A stretch of 64,000 nt of DNA from an uncultured Prevotellaceae bacterium. GTDB taxonomy: Bacteria; Bacteroidota; Bacteroidia; Bacteroidales; Bacteroidaceae. The translations under genes were made by a program, and so were the position numbers. The notes beneath the pieces were generated by a model. The model was given only the letters and a program-made list of their open reading frames with translations. It did no database searches and was not told the origin of the DNA. The stretch is taken from assembly GCA_946188345.1 (NCBI GenBank), contig CAMHUI010000005.1, positions 25,435 through 89,434 of the forward strand. Direction: 5' to 3'. Positions within the stretch are counted from its first letter, which is position 1, and every line of letters begins with the position of its first letter. Positions 60,225 to 64,000 of the stretch are shown in pieces.

Positions 60225-61759
60225 TGGCCTGGGATAATCAGAAGTTCTCCATGCCCATGTTCAACCCATGGGTTCCCGAGCGGATACGTCCTTGGATTTA
60301 TCTGCTCTTCGCCTTTCTGTTTCAGCTGTCTGGCGGTGTCTACTTCTCGCTAAACAACCACATGATGGGAGCTACGAGTCTGATGCGCGAAGACATCCAA
60401 CTCATCGCCATGTGCGGCGTGGTGGGTGTCAACATGCCATTCCCTTTCATCTTCCGCTTTAAGATGCGCTTCACCAACCGGCAGCTGATGATCAATGCTG
60501 CAGCCGTCATCCTCGTTTGCAACATCCTCTGCCTCTACGTCAAGTCACTGCCCCTGCTCTGCGTCATCTCCTACATTGCAGGATTCTTCAAACTCTGCGG
60601 CACCTTCGAGTGTTTCTCCAACATCCGCCTGTGGATATCGCCCAAGCAAGACTTCGGCGTCTTCCTGCCTACCATATACATTATTATTTTAGCAGCCGCG
60701 CCGGCATCCAACTGGACTGCCCTCTGGCTGACACAGACCCTCGGCTCGTGGGAAGCCATGCACTGGTTCATGTGCGTGCTCATGCTCATCGTCATCCTGA
60801 CCGTCTACACCCTCACCCACGACTTCCGCATGTTCCCCCATGTGCCGCTCATCTCGCTCGACATCCTCGGCTGCCTGCTCTGGTCGGCGATGATGCTGGA
60901 GATTATCTGGATCTTTACCTACGGCGAATACTACAACTGGTTCGACTCGCGCCGCTGGTGCGAGGTATTGGCTGCCCTGCCCGTCACCATCGCCATCTGC
61001 CTCCTGCGCAGCCGGCGCATCCGACATCCCTACATCTCCTTCGATGTATGGAAACACTGGCGACTGCTACCCATTCTCGGCATGTTCTTCGTTGCCGAGA
61101 TGATGAACGCCACGCCCCACGTCATGCAAAACACACTGACGGGAGGCATCCTCCACTTCGGATGGACCACTACCAAGCAGCTCTACCTTGTCGAGATGTT
61201 CGGCTATATGGCAGGCTGCGCCTTCACCATCTTCTGGCACAGACCCATGCACCAGAAATACACCCGACTGCTCAGCGTAGGCATCTTCGTCCTGCTGATG
61301 CACCAACTGCTGATGTATTTCTACGTCACCCAGGGCCTCACCATCCAGCACCTCTGGCTGCCCACCTTCCTGCGCACCTTCGGCTACGCCATCTTCTTCT
61401 CCACGATGACGCTCTATCTGAAAGACCTCATCGAGTTCCCCGCCTTCCTCATGGCCCTCACCGTGAGCGGCTTCATCCGCAACGGCGTCTGCGAGAGCCT
61501 CTGCTCCGGCGTCTATGGCTACGGCCTGCGACTGAAGATTACCGAGGCCATGAGCCGCGGACTCCAGTCGGACATGACGCAGGTGCTGCTCACCGCCGTC
61601 AAGGAGATGTACGGAATAGTCTGTTGGATAGGCGCCATACTCTTGCTCCTGTCCCTGCTCTACGATGTGCAACCCATCCGCAAGGCCATGTTCCACATGC
61701 CGTCAAACCTTGCCTTGTTCCGCCGCATGCAACGCAGTCTGAGGGAAGACAACCAATAA
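60224..61759 (+). CDS. MFS (DHA2/EmrB-like) efflux membrane protein, divergent
   Basis: About 14 TM helices; TYGEYYNWFDS loop; translationally coupled to the adaptor gene. Confidence 0.75.
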   Translation: MAWDNQKFSMPMFNPWVPERIRPWIYLLFAFLFQLSGGVYFSLNNHMMGATSLMREDIQLIAMCGVVGVNMPFPFIFRFKMRFTNRQLMINAAAVILVCNILCLYVKSLPLLCVISYIAGFFKLCGTFECFSNIRLWISPKQDFGVFLPTIYIIILAAAPASNWTALWLTQTLGSWEAMHWFMCVLMLIVILTVYTLTHDFRMFPHVPLISLDILGCLLWSAMMLEIIWIFTYGEYYNWFDSRRWCEVLAALPVTIAICLLRSRRIRHPYISFDVWKHWRLLPILGMFFVAEMMNATPHVMQNTLTGGILHFGWTTTKQLYLVEMFGYMAGCAFTIFWHRPMHQKYTRLLSVGIFVLLMHQLLMYFYVTQGLTIQHLWLPTFLRTFGYAIFFSTMTLYLKDLIEFPAFLMALTVSGFIRNGVCESLCSGVYGYGLRLKITEAMSRGLQSDMTQVLLTAVKEMYGIVCWIGAILLLLSLLYDVQPIRKAMFHMPSNLALFRRMQRSLREDNQ

Positions 61760-61770
61760 AAACCATTATA

Positions 61771-61851
61771 CAACGAATTCGACAAATGAGACGAGGTCAG
61801 CATTTCATGGAAAGCCAAAAGACTGATTCGTCTCATTTGTCGAATTCGTTG
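61771..61851. repeat. Long perfect inverted repeat (24-bp arms)
   Basis: CAACGAATTCGACAAATGAGACGA / TCGTCTCATTTGTCGAATTCGTTG. Confidence 0.9.
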
Positions 61852-61865
61852 TTTTCTGTCGATGC

Positions 61866-62849
61866 CTATTGCCGCAGGCCGGCCAGCGTCGCAAGTTCCT
61901 GAGTGTGCTTTCTCGCAGTCTCCTCGCCGATGAGCATCATCCGTTCGATGCTCTTCTTCCGGAAACTCATCGTGTCATCATCGGGGATGTCGGGGTGGAT
62001 ATAGATGTCGCATAGCTGCTTGTTCTCTTCGTAGCGCTGTCGGTCAGGACGGTTCACGGCCCACTCCACCATCGGCGAGAGCGCCAACAGGTCGCCCACG
62101 TGCTCCAGCAGTCCCTCGCCCTCGCGGGGCTTCTTTGCCTTGTGCTGCGCCTGCTGCAGGTCTATGGCGATGACAATGTCTGCACCCATCGCCCGCACCA
62201 CGTCGACAGGCAGGTTGTTAATCATCCCCCCGTCCACCAACGTCATGTCGTCAATCCTCACCGGCTTGAAGCAACCGGGTATGGCCATTGAGGCGCGCAT
62301 GGCTACGGCCGGACTGCCCTCGGCGAAGACCACCTCGGTGGCTGTCTTCATGTCGAAGGCCACACAGCGGAAGGGCACCCGCAGACGCTCCATCTCGTTC
62401 ACGCCCCTGCTGCCCATCAGCGAGTCAAGCATCACCTCCACCTGATGGCCCCTCAGCAAGCCGCGCCCGCCGATAAAACCCTCCTTCTTGTCCAGCATCG
62501 GGAAGCCGAAGACATACACCATGTCGCCATCGTCCTTATAGGGCACCGTGGCATATTCCTCGCGGCGGTCGGTCAGCAGCGAGAACCACTCCTGCGTCTT
62601 GAACAGCTCTTCCAGTTCGGCAGCCTTATAGCCCGTGGCATACAGTCCTCCCACAATGGCGCCGATACTCGTACCGGCGATATAGTCCACCTGGATGCCC
62701 ATCTCCTCGATGACCTTCAGCACGCCTACCTCGGCGGCACCCTTCGCACCGCCACCGCCAAGCACCAGCCCCACCTTCGGACGCTGAGCCTCAGCAACAC
62801 CCACTGCCAGCAACACGGCCAGCAACAGCGTCATCATCCGTTTCCACAT
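61866..62849 (-). CDS. Patatin-like phospholipase (exported)
   Basis: GGGGAKG, GTSIG, ASMAIP, DGG; signal peptide from ATG 62849. Confidence 0.92.
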   Translation of the reverse strand: MWKRMMTLLLAVLLAVGVAEAQRPKVGLVLGGGGAKGAAEVGVLKVIEEMGIQVDYIAGTSIGAIVGGLYATGYKAAELEELFKTQEWFSLLTDRREEYATVPYKDDGDMVYVFGFPMLDKKEGFIGGRGLLRGHQVEVMLDSLMGSRGVNEMERLRVPFRCVAFDMKTATEVVFAEGSPAVAMRASMAIPGCFKPVRIDDMTLVDGGMINNLPVDVVRAMGADIVIAIDLQQAQHKAKKPREGEGLLEHVGDLLALSPMVEWAVNRPDRQRYEENKQLCDIYIHPDIPDDDTMSFRKKSIERMMLIGEETARKHTQELATLAGLRQ

Positions 62850-63006
62850 AGCCTTATAGATATAGAAAAACAACATATTCACGGCAAAGGTATTAAAAAT
62901 ATCATTACATTCAGATAAAAGCCATAGTATTTTCACTTTTTTTGTGGTAAGCAGAACATAGCCATCCCCTTGTTTTTTGTCACGAATTAGAGAATCTGAA
63001 GACAAG

Positions 63007-63035
63007 AGGCCGCCACCCCACAGGGCAGCGGCCTC
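63007..63035 (-). terminator. Hairpin after the small ORF
   Basis: GAGGCCGC...GCGGCCTC. Confidence 0.55.
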
Positions 63036-63062
63036 CATGCCGTTGATTCTCTTAGGAAATGA

Positions 63063-63266
63063 TTACTCCCAGGCGTCCCAGATGCTGCCACCCTTGCCAA
63101 GGTTGCCTTCGGTGGGATCACTGTCTTCCAGTTCGTTGTTCACGTTCGACAAACCCTGACCCAGCTTGCCAGCACCCTTATCCTGAATGCCGGAAGCGGT
63201 CTGAAGCAGAGAACCGATAGTCATGCTATGCACCTCTGTTGCAGGTGCGCTATATGTCTTTTTCAT
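63063..63266 (-). CDS. Small MKKTYxxP-type peptide (function unknown)
   Basis: 67 aa, preceded by GAAGGAGG; directly follows a T9SS-tail gene. Confidence 0.7.
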   Translation of the reverse strand: MKKTYSAPATEVHSMTIGSLLQTASGIQDKGAGKLGQGLSNVNNELEDSDPTEGNLGKGGSIWDAWE

Positions 63267-63287
63267 ATCGTTTTACCTCCTTCTGTT

Positions 63288-64000
63288 TTATTTGTTGACA
63301 AACTTCTTACCGTTCACAATCACAACACCGCGATAGCTGTCGCTGACACGCTGACCCTGCAGGTTGTATACGGGAGCAGCTTCTTCGCTCACGCTCAGTA
63401 CGCTGTTGACAGCGGTCGTATTGTCGTCAAGGCCGAAGAATCCCTTGGCAGGATCGCTGACGGCAGCCGACAGATAAGCCGTATGGGCACCCACGGTGAA
63501 GCCGTTGGTAGCGTTCACCTTGAAGAAACCTACCACGCCGTCTTTCTCCAGCAGCACGAAGTTCGTCTTGCCGCCCTCCGTCTGGTTAATCTTCATGTTC
63601 TCATTCACACCTACGAGGGCATTACCCGTGACATCCTCCAGCTCGGCAGCAGCAGGCTCGTAGGCAACAGGAATCTCATAGGTATTCGCTTCACCCTTCA
63701 ACAGGATACCAGCATTGGCAGGGACATACTTTGTAACAGCATTGAATGTAACGGCATCGTCTTCAACAGCAGCTGTGTAAGCAGTCACCTCAGCACCTGT
63801 GAAGTCAAGAGGAAGTTCAGAACAGAATGTTGCATAACCAGCAGCAGTTACCTTGACAGGAACAGTAACCAAAGTCGTATATCCTTTGTTGACTACACTC
63901 GGCCGAACACCCTTAATAATAATATTATCTACAAATGCACCATAGGTGCCACTTGCAACAATTGTCATCTTTACACAACTCAGATTAAGGCTAATCGCAT
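63288..64000 (-). CDS. C-terminal part of a T9SS-secreted surface protein (starts beyond the window)
   Basis: GYATFCS..LDF, VPANAGILL, C-terminal VYNLQGQRV..RGVVIVNGKKFVNK. Confidence 0.8.
   Translation of the reverse strand, partial: AISLNLSCVKMTIVASGTYGAFVDNIIIKGVRPSVVNKGYTTLVTVPVKVTAAGYATFCSELPLDFTGAEVTAYTAAVEDDAVTFNAVTKYVPANAGILLKGEANTYEIPVAYEPAAAELEDVTGNALVGVNENMKINQTEGGKTNFVLLEKDGVVGFFKVNATNGFTVGAHTAYLSAAVSDPAKGFFGLDDNTTAVNSVLSVSEEAAPVYNLQGQRVSDSYRGVVIVNGKKFVNK

Noticed and set aside
1-64000. tRNA, rRNA, transposase or integrase genes
   Set aside because: None recognised by eye in the intergenic regions or ORFs; a tRNAscan or ISEScan run would be needed to be certain.

Overview
Chromosomal segment of a Bacteroidales bacterium, most likely Prevotellaceae. 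This is inferred from TAnnTTTG/TTTG promoters, T9SS-type C-terminal tails, signal peptides cleaved before Gln, and Bacteroides-like gene order. Most of the window is housekeeping, transport or metabolism: thrS, pheS, murB, ligA, trmD, def, ruvX, clpB, queF/yhhQ under a preQ1 riboswitch, a B12 uptake operon under a cobalamin riboswitch, a fructose permease/kinase pair, peptidases, a GH36 galactosidase and a TolC-HlyD-MFS pump. A mostly AT-richer accessory island (~11.9-17.9 kb) follows thrS and holds the best candidate for an undescribed system. An identical 16-bp palindromic box (TTTCACAAGGCTTGTG) sits in the same orientation, exactly 35 bp upstream of the -7 element, in two outward-pointing promoters. 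One promoter drives a secreted TPR protein and a secreted 25-aa Gly/Ser/Thr/Tyr repeat protein; the other drives a degenerate DnaB-like ATPase. Between the boxes lies a membrane-anchored protein with a winged-helix-like C-terminus, a candidate cognate regulator. Other notable items are a CruR/DUF2946-like RAPP arrest-peptide uORF before a TonB receptor, a ~420-bp structured non-coding element in two inverted copies, a metallophosphoesterase-fold lipoprotein with most metal ligands replaced, two palindromic 22-bp-period arrays, and a heptamer repeat recruited into coding sequence. All calls come from reading the sequence and recalled family motifs; no searches were run.
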